From NCBI GenBank assembly GCA_963845755.1, contig CAWJTV010000025.1, positions 160,001-224,000 on the forward strand: DNA of 64,000 bases, in the 5' to 3' direction. The position numbers and the translations under genes were made by a program. Each line of letters begins with the position of its first letter. Position 1 is the stretch's first letter. This document shows, piece after piece, positions 1 to 8,832 of the stretch. The notes beneath the pieces are model-generated. The model ran no database searches, was not told the origin of the DNA, and saw only the letters and a program-made list of their open reading frames with translations. The DNA comes from an uncultured Planctomycetota bacterium. GTDB lineage: Bacteria; Planctomycetota; Planctomycetia; Isosphaerales; Isosphaeraceae.

Positions 1-2827
1 ACGGCGCGGCCTCGACGCCGCCCAGCTCCGTCTTACGGTCGGCCAGCGCCCGGAGCGCGAACGCGCGGACGGCCTCGTCGCCCGTGAGCTTGCGCAGGGC
101 GCCGTGCGACTTGACGCCGTCGACCTGCTTCAGTGCGAAGAGGGCCGCGACGCGCCCGTGCAGGGGCTTCGACGCGTCGGACGCGAGATCGGTGAGGGCT
201 CGGGTCGTCTCCGGCGACGGACCGCGGCGCAGAATCTCGCGCTGGCAGTGGAAGCGCGAGGCCGCATTCGGGCCGCATAAGCCGTCGATCAGCTCGGCCG
301 GCGCGAGTCCCTTCGGATTGAAGGGTGAGGTCGGGCTCCAGCCCGGTGGCGCGACGCACGCGAGGAAGCCGACTTGCGGGCCGACGTAGACACTCGCCTC
401 GCCCCCGCGCCAGCTCGCCACGTAGAGCCGCCCGTCCACGCCGATGTCCATGCCCGTCGGCCGGGGGATGGTGAGGAAGACGCTCTGATTGGCGCGGAAC
501 GAGGCGCCGGCGGGCTTCAGGTCGTGCCGGTAGACCTCGCTCCGGCCCCAGTCGCCCGTGAGGAGGGCACTGCGATAGGCTTCGGGCCAGCGCTCATCGT
601 GCAGCGACAGCGCGCCCGTCCCGCCCCCCTGGCCGTAGGCCCCGAGGGTCGGCATGATCTCGTCGGGGAAGTTCGCGAACCTCTGAGAATAACCGTAGTC
701 GGCGGTCTGGATCAGGTGGCTCACGCGCACGTCCCAACCGGCACCGTCGTTGGTGTTGTCGCGCGTGAAGAGGTTCAGATACGGGTCGATCGCGATGGCG
801 AACGGGTTGCGCAGGCCGATGGCGAAGACTTCCAGCTCGGTGCCGTCGGGCCGCACGCGGAGGATGCCGCCGCCTCGTTGGGAGAGCGTGGTGCCGTCCT
901 TCCCCTTCGCGCCGTGGAACCCGTAGTCGCCCACGGCGATGTAGATCCAGCCGTCGAGACCCATGCGGATGCCGTTGGTCGTGTGGTCGCCGCCCCGCTC
1001 GTCGATCAGGCTCGTCGTCAGCCCGGAGACGAGCACGTCTTGCCGATCGGACGTACCGTCGCCGTCCTCGTCGCGGAAGACGCTCAGCATCGGCGGGTGC
1101 AGGACCCAGACCTTCCCGTCCTGCGCGATCACGCCGCGCGGGTGCTCCATCTTGGCGAACACGTTCACGCGGTCGGCCTTGCCGTCGCCGTCCCCGTCGA
1201 TGCAGCGGACGACCCGGCCTCCTCCGGGCGTCCTGCCCAGCGATCCCTGTTCGTCCACGGCCACGTACACCGCGCCATCCGGCGCGACGGACAGGGCCAC
1301 CGGATAGCTCACCCTCGGCGGCGCCGCGAACAGACTCACTGTGAATCCCGGAGGCGCCTTGACAACCTCGCCAATCGTCTTGTCATCGACCGGCTTCGGC
1401 GGAGCACCGCCGCCCGGCGGCCCGAAGTTGAATTGAGGACGATAGCCGTCCTTCTTGCCGGCGAGCTGATCGGCGATCGAGCGGGACCGCTTGTCGGCGA
1501 AGGTCCGCAGGTCGGGGGCCGTCGGAGCCCCCGGCGGGCCAAAGCCGACGGGCGGCTCCGCACGCTCGGCCCGCGCCGCGGCCTCTCGTTCGAGGATGGC
1601 TTTCGTGGCGCCCTCGACCGCCGCGACATCGGCCAGGAGGCGATCCTTGCGGAAGACGGTCGTCGCGAAATCCTTGACGATCTTCCGATGGGCCTCGCGC
1701 ACGTCCGGCATGGCGAGTAGCCGGTCGGCCAACCGGTTCTGGCCCCCGTACGGACGAGCGAGACTCATGTCCATGAGCTGATCGGACGAGCCCATCATCA
1801 GGAAATTCGCGAAGGACAGCTCCTGATCGCCCGGGATGAAGACGAACCGATTCGATTTCGGATCCAGGAACAGGGAGTAGTTGTACGCGAGCGTGAAGAA
1901 GCCGTCGGCATTGGCGATCAGCGCCTGGACGGCCATGAAACGCAGGAACTTGTCGACGTCGAGGTACGAGGCGATCTCCTTGCGGAACTGTTCGTCGTCG
2001 CCGCGCTGGACGAGGCGGACGAACTCGATGAGGCGCTTCGCCTCGTCGGAAGTCGGCTCGGCCAGGGGCCGGTAGGGGCCGCGGTATCTCGTCCAGTCGT
2101 CGCCGAGGAAGTCGAGGCCGCGGAGCCCCTGCGGCCTCACGAGCAGGCCCTTGTCGGTGTGGAAACGATCCTTCAGGAACGCCCGGTCCACGGGCTCGAC
2201 GAGCGTGTAGAGTCCGAGGTACGCCTTCGGATGCTCGCCGGGGACAGTGAGCGTCACCTCGGCCAGCACCGTGCGCGGCGCGGGGACTCCGGCCTCGCGG
2301 AAGAGGGCGAAGGCGAGGGCCTCGCGCGCCTTGGTGGGGTCGAGCGCCCCGCTCTGGAGCTGCATGGCGTGCAGGCCGTGGAACTCCGCGTGATCGGCGC
2401 GATCCAGATCGACGACGAAGGAACGCTTCAGGCCCCCGGCGGAGGCCATGTAGGAGGCGTTCCCCGCGTAGCGGAGGCCGACGCCCCGGAACGTCTTGCC
2501 CTCCACCGTGACGGTCCCGCGCGCCCAGGCGAACTCGACGCCGAAGAGATTTCGTTCGCTCGCGCGCTCACCGGGCTTCTTCGGCCGAGGGGCTGGCGGG
2601 GGTGCACCGAAGGCGGCCGGGGCCGGGGGCTGCATGGCCTGGTACTCGTCCGCCGGGATCTCGATATGGAAAGGCACGACCCTCGTCAGACCGAAGAGGC
2701 CTGGGTCGGCGGGCTGTCCCTGGGCGTCCCCGTCAGCCGGGGCTCCCGACACCGGCAGCACCGTGCCGGCAAGGAGGATCGTGGAGCAAATCCAGGCCGT
2801 CGCTACGGCGAGGGCTCGTCGACGCAT
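1..2827 (-). CDS. Secreted fusion protein: CotH-kinase-like domain + PVC-type membrane-bound dehydrogenase beta-propeller (DUF7133-like) + HEAT-like repeats; 3' end runs off the window
   Basis: Absent from the ORF track because it has no stop in the window. Manual translation from ATG at 2827 gives signal peptide MRRRALAVATAWICSTILLAG, CotH-like motifs GVGLRYAGNASY..KRSF, YLGLYTLVEPVD, LDVDKFLRFMAV, NADG..YNY..FIPGDQELSF, then GFTVSLFAAPP..YPVALSVAPDG, DHTTNGIRMGLDGWIYIAVGD, GLRNPF. Long antisense ORFs (374-1720, 2159-2926) share its codon register. Confidence 0.85.
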   Translation of the reverse strand, partial: MRRRALAVATAWICSTILLAGTVLPVSGAPADGDAQGQPADPGLFGLTRVVPFHIEIPADEYQAMQPPAPAAFGAPPPAPRPKKPGERASERNLFGVEFAWARGTVTVEGKTFRGVGLRYAGNASYMASAGGLKRSFVVDLDRADHAEFHGLHAMQLQSGALDPTKAREALAFALFREAGVPAPRTVLAEVTLTVPGEHPKAYLGLYTLVEPVDRAFLKDRFHTDKGLLVRPQGLRGLDFLGDDWTRYRGPYRPLAEPTSDEAKRLIEFVRLVQRGDDEQFRKEIASYLDVDKFLRFMAVQALIANADGFFTLAYNYSLFLDPKSNRFVFIPGDQELSFANFLMMGSSDQLMDMSLARPYGGQNRLADRLLAMPDVREAHRKIVKDFATTVFRKDRLLADVAAVEGATKAILEREAAARAERAEPPVGFGPPGAPTAPDLRTFADKRSRSIADQLAGKKDGYRPQFNFGPPGGGAPPKPVDDKTIGEVVKAPPGFTVSLFAAPPRVSYPVALSVAPDGAVYVAVDEQGSLGRTPGGGRVVRCIDGDGDGKADRVNVFAKMEHPRGVIAQDGKVWVLHPPMLSVFRDEDGDGTSDRQDVLVSGLTTSLIDERGGDHTTNGIRMGLDGWIYIAVGDYGFHGAKGKDGTTLSQRGGGILRVRPDGTELEVFAIGLRNPFAIAIDPYLNLFTRDNTNDGAGWDVRVSHLIQTADYGYSQRFANFPDEIMPTLGAYGQGGGTGALSLHDERWPEAYRSALLTGDWGRSEVYRHDLKPAGASFRANQSVFLTIPRPTGMDIGVDGRLYVASWRGGEASVYVGPQVGFLACVAPPGWSPTSPFNPKGLAPAELIDGLCGPNAASRFHCQREILRRGPSPETTRALTDLASDASKPLHGRVAALFALKQVDGVKSHGALRKLTGDEAVRAFALRALADRKTELGGVEAAP

Positions 2828-3115
2828 GGTGTAACCTCACGAGGCGATGACCGCTGGGCGTACGAGGGGCCGTCCTGTCGCAGGCAGCGGAGCGCTCCGG
2901 TTGCCGACGACGCAACTCTCTATTAAGAACAGATGCGATCCGCAGCCGTGTGTCGCGCGCCGGTCGCGCGATTTTCTGTGTCAGGCCCGCAAGCCTTGGC
3001 TTGGCTTATGGTTCGGTCGCGTCGTCCTCGCCATCGGCGCCCTCATCAGGTGGGCGGGCGTCGTGGAGGCGACTTGCCTTCAATCTTTGTCCTGATCCTC
3101 ACAACCGCTTTTTTT

Positions 3116-3223
3116 TAGGATGGCAAAGGTGACTTGGATTTGACGTAAGTCGTTATTCCTCGGTCGGACCGCCGACCATCGCCAAAGGACTTACGGCGAT
3201 TCCCAGCGACTTTTGCCATCCTA
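3116..3223. repeat. Imperfect inverted-repeat (REPIN/MITE-like) element
   Basis: TAGGATGGCAAAG..CGTAAGTC at left pairs with GACTTACG..CTTTTGCCATCCTA at right, with T-runs on both sides. Confidence 0.7.
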
Positions 3224-3541
3224 TTTTTTATTTGCGATTGCGTCACGCGAGTCATACGCCGGCAGAGATCGATCGGCCCGGCAGCAGAGCAGGGGTGACG
3301 ATCGAATCCGACGTGATGTCATCCCAGGAACGGTGGTTCATCGACCCGGGGAAAGCCGGACGCCCAGGTGATTGTATCCATGCACAACTCACGGAGGGTT
3401 CCTGCGGATCGGCGGCGTCCGGTCCGGGCGGATCGGCCCCGATTGAACGCCATGCACGAAGCCGGCTGCGCCGAGCCTGAGGGTAACCGACGGACGCCGC
3501 CCCGTATCGCTGTAGTCATCCCCTGATGAGGAGTGCTCCCC

Positions 3542-5320
3542 ATGTGGCAACTCGTGACGCCGTCTCTCAAGCGGGGGCGCAGCCCGGTTCGTCGCCCCCG
3601 ACAGCATCGGCCGCATTGCACCCCCCTGGAGGATCGCTGCCTCCTGTCCGTCTCCCTGAGCGAGACCGCCCCGGCCGTCCCTTATGTCGGTTCGCCGGTC
3701 ACCTGGACGGCGACGTCCAGCGGCCACGGGCGGAGCCCCGTCTACCAGTTCAACGTCGGGATGCTCGGTGGTCCCCTCCAGGTCGTGAGCGACTTCAGCA
3801 GCAGCAACAGCTTCACCTGGAACCCCATGCAGGAGGGGACCTACGTCATCGTGGCAGTCGTCAAGAAAGGATTCGGCGCCACGAAGAGAGAGACCGCGGC
3901 CGCGACGTATACGGCGCAGACGCGTGTCGTGGGGGATAGCGCCGTGGTCAGCCCCATGGCCAATCCCCTGGTCGCCCTGTTCAGTGCGCCTCCCTCACCC
4001 GGCTCCTCGATGTACGTCCAGTTCGCCCAGCAGGGGCCCACGCCGTCCTGGCAGGATACCTCGCCGCTGCCCATCGTCCCGGGCGAGAGCACCAACTTCA
4101 TCGTGGCCGGCATGCTGCCCGACACGACCTACCTGATGCGGGACGTCCTGGACGACGGGACGGTCTCCACGCCGCTGTCGTTCACCACCGGAAGCCTGCC
4201 GGCGGACCTACCTCTCCCCATCTTCACCGTGGTGCAGCCACCGGCCCCCGGGACCGACCTGAGCCAGGACGTGATCTTCCACGCCGGGCTCTTCTACTAC
4301 ACCGTGGCGACCGACCTGAACGGCAACGTCCTCTGGTACTATGACCCGGTGGCCAACAACTTCCCCAGCTATGCCCAGAACCTCGAGCCGGGCGGTACGG
4401 TGATGCTGCTGGGCGGCAACACCACCGGCGTCGCCGGGGGCGAGGACACCTTGCGGCAGGTCGACCTGGCCGGCGACACCCTGCGCCAGACGGACATCCA
4501 TGCCGTCAACGCCCAATTAGCCGCGCTCCACCGGCCGAAGATCCTCGACTTCGACCACGAGGCCAAGCTCCTGCCCAACGGCGACACGGTCGTCCTGGGC
4601 GCGACGCGGAAGGTCGTCAATTACAAGGGGAAGCCCACGAAGTTCACCGGCGACATGGTCATCGTCCTGGATCCGAACTTCCAGGTGAACTGGGTCTGGA
4701 ACGCCTTCAACAGGCTCAACACCAACCGCATCGTCAAGGATCTCGGGAGCCCAAGCGACTGGTTGCACGCCAACGCCGTGTCCTGGTCGCCCGAGGACGA
4801 CGACCTGATCGTCTCCCTGCGCGCCCAGAGCTGGGTGATCAAGATCGATTACGACGACGGGGCCGGCAACGGCCACGTCGTCTGGAAGTTGGGCGCGGGT
4901 GGCAATTTCCAGGCCATCGCCAACACACCCGACCCGTGGTTCTCCGGTCAGCACGACGCGCGCTACATCAACGACAACACCCTGTTGGTCTTCGATGACG
5001 GGAACACCCGTCACGATACGGACGGTGGGGGGGACAGCCGCGGGCAGGAATGGATCCTCAACGAGCAGAACATGACGGCGACGCTGGTGGTGAATGCCGA
5101 CCTGGGCAACTACTCGTTCTTCCTCGGGAGCGCGGAGCTGCTCCCCAACGGCAACCTGGCCTTCACGTCCGGGGGTCTCGGGCCGGCCAGCGATCCGGTC
5201 GGGCAGTCGATCGAGGTTCTCCCGAATGGCACCAGAGTTTATGTGCAGCAGGCGAGCGAATACGAGTATCGCTCCTACTTCGAGAGTACCCTCTACAGCG
5301 CCGGCCTCCTCGACCCGTAG
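3542..5320 (+). CDS. Secreted arylsulfotransferase (ASST family) with planctomycete LEPR-like N-terminal motif and Ig-like domains
   Basis: GAGGAG RBS before ATG 3542; LEDRCLLS motif; ASST motifs FDHEAKLLPNG, DWLHANAV, SLRAQSWVIKID, FSGQHDARY, FDDGN, SAELLPNGN, YRSY. Confidence 0.85.
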   Translation: MWQLVTPSLKRGRSPVRRPRQHRPHCTPLEDRCLLSVSLSETAPAVPYVGSPVTWTATSSGHGRSPVYQFNVGMLGGPLQVVSDFSSSNSFTWNPMQEGTYVIVAVVKKGFGATKRETAAATYTAQTRVVGDSAVVSPMANPLVALFSAPPSPGSSMYVQFAQQGPTPSWQDTSPLPIVPGESTNFIVAGMLPDTTYLMRDVLDDGTVSTPLSFTTGSLPADLPLPIFTVVQPPAPGTDLSQDVIFHAGLFYYTVATDLNGNVLWYYDPVANNFPSYAQNLEPGGTVMLLGGNTTGVAGGEDTLRQVDLAGDTLRQTDIHAVNAQLAALHRPKILDFDHEAKLLPNGDTVVLGATRKVVNYKGKPTKFTGDMVIVLDPNFQVNWVWNAFNRLNTNRIVKDLGSPSDWLHANAVSWSPEDDDLIVSLRAQSWVIKIDYDDGAGNGHVVWKLGAGGNFQAIANTPDPWFSGQHDARYINDNTLLVFDDGNTRHDTDGGGDSRGQEWILNEQNMTATLVVNADLGNYSFFLGSAELLPNGNLAFTSGGLGPASDPVGQSIEVLPNGTRVYVQQASEYEYRSYFESTLYSAGLLDP

Positions 5321-5344
5321 GTCGTCGACGACGGTGGCCCGGCA

Positions 5345-5465
5345 CGAGCGCCCACCGACTGCCGGATGATGGGCGTCCCTGCCGGCTACGAGGACGTCAA
5401 CGCCGTTACCTCGGGCTCCCCGACGCGGCGATGGGTCGAATCCTCGGTGGTCGCCCTCGATTGAT
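5345..5465 (+). pseudogene. Possible degraded IS1380-family transposase fragment
   Basis: Frameshifted translation DGR/AGYEDVNA/DAAMGRILG resembles the IS1380 motif GRLAGYEDVNDA..DPAMR.IVG. The match is short and degenerate. Confidence 0.35.
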
Positions 5466-5696
5466 TCCAACTCGCCCCGGGAGCGCCGCTGGCGTGAGGA
5501 CGGCCGATCTGCGGGCCGTCACAGTAGCTGGCCGTGCTGGGCGAGCAGGCCCCCAACCCGCTGGCCGCCCGGTGGGCGATGATGCGGGACTTCGAAAGCG
5601 CCTCATGGCCACTCGGAGCTTTTCTGTCCGAGGCCCGCGACGGTTTCGGCGTGGGCAAGTCGATCGACAGCCGTGAGTCTGTCTGAGCACCCCCGC

Positions 5697-7205
5697 TCAT
5701 AGTCCCTCGACCACTAGAACCCAATCATGAAAGCCGTCTTGGTGGGCAGGTGGGTATGAAACCGAGCGGCTGGAGGTCTTCGGCTCAGATGCCGATATTG
5801 CCGTATACGTTCCGTTCGTCGGATCATACCAGCGGAGTCTGACATGCCGCCCGCCGGTGATCGCTCGTGTATCCACCGTTATTCCGCGACGGGTTGGGAA
5901 ATAGACGACCCCTGCGGATGATGAGTATCCCGATGCAGCCTTGTCGTCACCGCTGCCGAGGCCGGTCTTCAGGAATGTTCCGTTGTCTCGCGTCCAGGAC
6001 CTGTCTTGGACATAGGTATCGAGAAGTGTCCAGGCGTATTGGGCACATCGTTGCGGCGGTTCGGCGAGGACGTTCAGCCAGTCCGGCCCACCATCAAACA
6101 GCCCGGTGACGCCGAACGGCCACCACTTTTCGTGGCCAAAGTTGATCCCGCCGCCACCGCGGATGAACGTCGAATAGTTGCGTTCGCGCAGCTCCTGGTT
6201 CTGCTGGTCTTTGTAATGCGGCGCGTTGACGTACGGCGGCTCAATATCGACGACCGGATAGGTCGTGGCCCCAGCTCCATCGTAGACTCGATCAAACTGC
6301 TCGACAGAATTGCTGCCGTAGTCGTAAACCGTGTTGGCGCTCTGTTTGAACCATTGATAACCTTTGGCGCCTTCTTCCGATATGAATTGATTGAACGACG
6401 TCGAGCCATTAGCCGGCTCGGCAATAATCAGCCTATGGGTACTCCCTTCTGTATCTTTGATACCATGGAAAATGGCATCGAGTCCCCGCGCCGGTCTTTG
6501 ATTGTACGACCACCGAAAATCACCCATCACATGCCAGACGATGTTCGGATAACCGGCATAGCGGCTCGCCAGAGCTTTTCCAAAGTTATAGGCATTCGTC
6601 GTCCCAGCGTTGGCCAAATCCGGAACGGTGCCGGTATCGCCCCAGCTCATGAACAATGAAAACACCACGGTCAATTGAAGCCTGGTGGCTTCTGACATGA
6701 TCCAGTCCATCGAGGACCATGCCGGGCCGAACGACGAAGCATACGGTGCACCGGTAAAGAAACGTTGGCCGGCCTTGTTCTTGTACCTGTCGCCAAAGCT
6801 GTCGTTCATGTGGACCCCGAACGGCGAGACGGTCACGGCATTGAAACCGAGCGCTTTCAAGCCTTCGAGAGCACTGGTGATTTCGGCGTTGGTGCAGTTC
6901 TGTGCCATCGCCCACGAGGACATGGTCTTGAGCAGATACACATTGCCTTTCTGGTCGAGGAAACGACGATTGTCGGCACTGACACTGGCCGGCCAAGCGA
7001 AATCTGGGGTCGTCCCCGCAGCACCTCGTACAGACGAACTTCCCGAGCCGGTTTGATCATTCCCCGAGTTTGCACGTTCGGTCCGCGTTCCGTTTCGCGG
7101 CTGTGAGCCCGGCGTGTGAGTTGCCGCGTACATCAGTAGCAAAGTCGCCCCGACAATCAGCGGAGACCTGAACGCGTACCGAAGACCAAGAGATCGAGCG
7201 GTCAT
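5697..7205 (-). CDS. Secreted DUF4038/apiosidase-like glycoside hydrolase with C-terminal putative collagen-binding domain
   Basis: 502 aa ORF with GAAGGAGG RBS; motifs VSADNRRFLDQKG, GFNAV, RYAGYPNIVWHVMGD, EPPY, C-terminal WYDPTNG..DWVLVVE. Confidence 0.75.
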   Translation of the reverse strand: MTARSLGLRYAFRSPLIVGATLLLMYAATHTPGSQPRNGTRTERANSGNDQTGSGSSSVRGAAGTTPDFAWPASVSADNRRFLDQKGNVYLLKTMSSWAMAQNCTNAEITSALEGLKALGFNAVTVSPFGVHMNDSFGDRYKNKAGQRFFTGAPYASSFGPAWSSMDWIMSEATRLQLTVVFSLFMSWGDTGTVPDLANAGTTNAYNFGKALASRYAGYPNIVWHVMGDFRWSYNQRPARGLDAIFHGIKDTEGSTHRLIIAEPANGSTSFNQFISEEGAKGYQWFKQSANTVYDYGSNSVEQFDRVYDGAGATTYPVVDIEPPYVNAPHYKDQQNQELRERNYSTFIRGGGGINFGHEKWWPFGVTGLFDGGPDWLNVLAEPPQRCAQYAWTLLDTYVQDRSWTRDNGTFLKTGLGSGDDKAASGYSSSAGVVYFPTRRGITVDTRAITGGRHVRLRWYDPTNGTYTAISASEPKTSSRSVSYPPAHQDGFHDWVLVVEGL

Positions 7206-7687
7206 GGATCCCTCCTTCAGAGGTCGGAGACGTCGTTGATCCGAAATCGTACAAATTGAGTGCGCAATTCTCGATCATCTGCGGTGGCGAAGGAAGAGAC
7301 TCGATGCGTGTGCATCGATATGCCGCTATGCGCAAGGAGGTCAAAGCGCTTCGGTTGCCATTTGCCGTGACCCCGCAACTCACCTCGATGAGTGTGTAAC
7401 CGGACCTGTAATGTCTTCGAGTCATCAGGGTAGAGAGGGACACTTGTGTTCCACTATGCCCGGCGCGGCGAGCTAGCCGTTTGAGAATGACCTCCAGTAG
7501 ACCTGAACGCCCCTGGGAAAAAAAGGGGCAATAGACATTCCTCCTGGGGCACGAAGAGATGGTAGTCGACATGATACAGCCCGGCACGTCGATCGAGCTA
7601 AGAGACTGGACGCGACTTGGCTCTCTCCTTTGACGGCATCGGTCTGATCGACCGACGCATCCGGGAAATCACTTCGCAGCGTGTCAG

Positions 7688-7727
7688 GTCGGTGTCAGAC
7701 ACCGACTTTTCCGACACCAACTTTTCC
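7688..7727. repeat. Palindromic REP-like sequence
   Basis: GTCGGTGTC-A-GACACCGAC palindrome followed by a partial direct repeat TTTTCCGACACCAACTTTTCC. Confidence 0.55.
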
Positions 7728-7761
7728 CCGACGAGAGCTGACCCCTGGCCGGATCGGTCCC

Positions 7762-8189
7762 TCAGCGGCCGGCGCCGGCAGGCTCATCGCTCACCACCCA
7801 GGAGAGCCGCTTGTTTAGGGCTCGGGCCAGAGCACGGAGTGTACTGACCGTGGGATTGGGCACCTTGCCTGTTTCGAGCTTCGAGAGTGTCGCCCGGTCA
7901 ATGCCAGAGCGCTCCGAGACGTCAGAGAGGCTCAACCCCAGGCGCTGGCGTTCCGCGCAGGCGCCGAGAGCGCCTTGGCCAGTTCTGGGTCGATCGCCAA
8001 GGGCGGGAACTCCTCACGAACCTTGCGGATGACGTCGTCCTGTTCCGCGCGGCCCTCGGGTGTGGCCCGCCAAGCGTCGGACCGGGCGATCGCGGCTTCC
8101 GCAGCAGGCCGCTTTTCCGGGGGCAGAGCTTCCAGGGCACGGCGGGTCCTGGGGTGCATGGCCATCCTCCTCGAGTCATGGGATTTCAA
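7762..8189 (-). CDS. XRE-family helix-turn-helix protein, putative antitoxin (one frameshift near 7960)
   Basis: ORF 7932-8189 continues after a 1-nt shift as AERQRLGLSLSDVSERSGIDRATLSKLETGKVPNPTVSTLRALARAL to TGA at 7762. Overlaps the upstream gene by 4 nt. Confidence 0.8.
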
Positions 8190-8458
8190 TTGGGCGTCGG
8201 TTCGTAGGCGGTGATGGGCCGGATGACGACCACCGGTTCGGTCTCCAAGATCTCGTAGACAACGAGGATGTCCTTGCCCGTCGCGGTCCCTCCAAAGACG
8301 GCCGGTCGGCCACTGGAGCGGCTGGTGGTCGGCCGGTTGGCTGGGTCGTAGAGTACCTGCTCGACTTCCTCGATCGTGAGCCCATTGGCCGCGATGTGCT
8401 GGACATTCCCCCGTGGGTCATCCTCGTCATCCCAGGCGATCAGGTCGAAGTCGATCAT
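8186..8458 (-). CDS. BrnT-like (RelE-fold) putative toxin
   Basis: MIDFDLIAWDDEDDPRGNVQHIAANGLTIEEVEQVL..GKDILVVYE..PITAYE is a BrnT-like pattern; it lies directly upstream of the HTH gene. Confidence 0.7.
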   Translation of the reverse strand: MIDFDLIAWDDEDDPRGNVQHIAANGLTIEEVEQVLYDPANRPTTSRSSGRPAVFGGTATGKDILVVYEILETEPVVVIRPITAYEPTPN

Positions 8459-8691
8459 GGCTGGTCCCACGGTGACCGCACAACTGTTGAATTTTAAGCA
8501 AACAGGCCCGGGATGGACAGGTCTGTGGGGTCGAAAGAGTCGAAAGCCGTGACGTTGGGAGAATACAGAGGCTCATGGGCCAAGACTGGTAAGCACCGGG
8601 ATCGCCGGACGGAGCCGGCTCCTCCAAAAGCCCGAGGTGTCCGTGCGGGTTGCGCTTCTTTAGGAAGGGGCTCCGTCCCCCGATACTTTGT

Positions 8692-8811
8692 TAGAGCGCT
8701 TAACAGATGGATTGCACACAGTAACAGCCGATGTGTTCGGCGGCCTAAAAGGCCGCCGGAGATGCCACCGCGCACGAGGCGCGTGCGAAACCCAACCGTG
8801 AAGCGCTCTCG
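8692..8811. mobile_element. MITE-like element A (about 120 bp) with imperfect terminal inverted repeats
   Basis: Left end TAGAGCGCTTAACAGATGGATTGCAC; right end (reverse complement) GAGAGCGCTTCACGGTTGGGTTTCGCAC; internal hairpin CGGCGGCCT-AAA-AGGCCGCCG. Confidence 0.6.
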
Positions 8812-8832
8812 AGCCGCAAGACTCTGCAAGAC

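Noticed and set aside
374..2926. Long plus-strand ORFs (448 aa, 255 aa), and similar ones elsewhere such as 58651-61242, 60959-63742 and 54123-56333
   Set aside because: They are antisense shadows of real genes in high-GC DNA and carry no recognisable motifs.
7057..7587. ORF containing RHYRSGYTLIEVSC, reminiscent of a prepilin motif
   Set aside because: No hydrophobic helix follows, composition is atypical and it overlaps the DUF4038 gene start; chance or an unrecognisable remnant.
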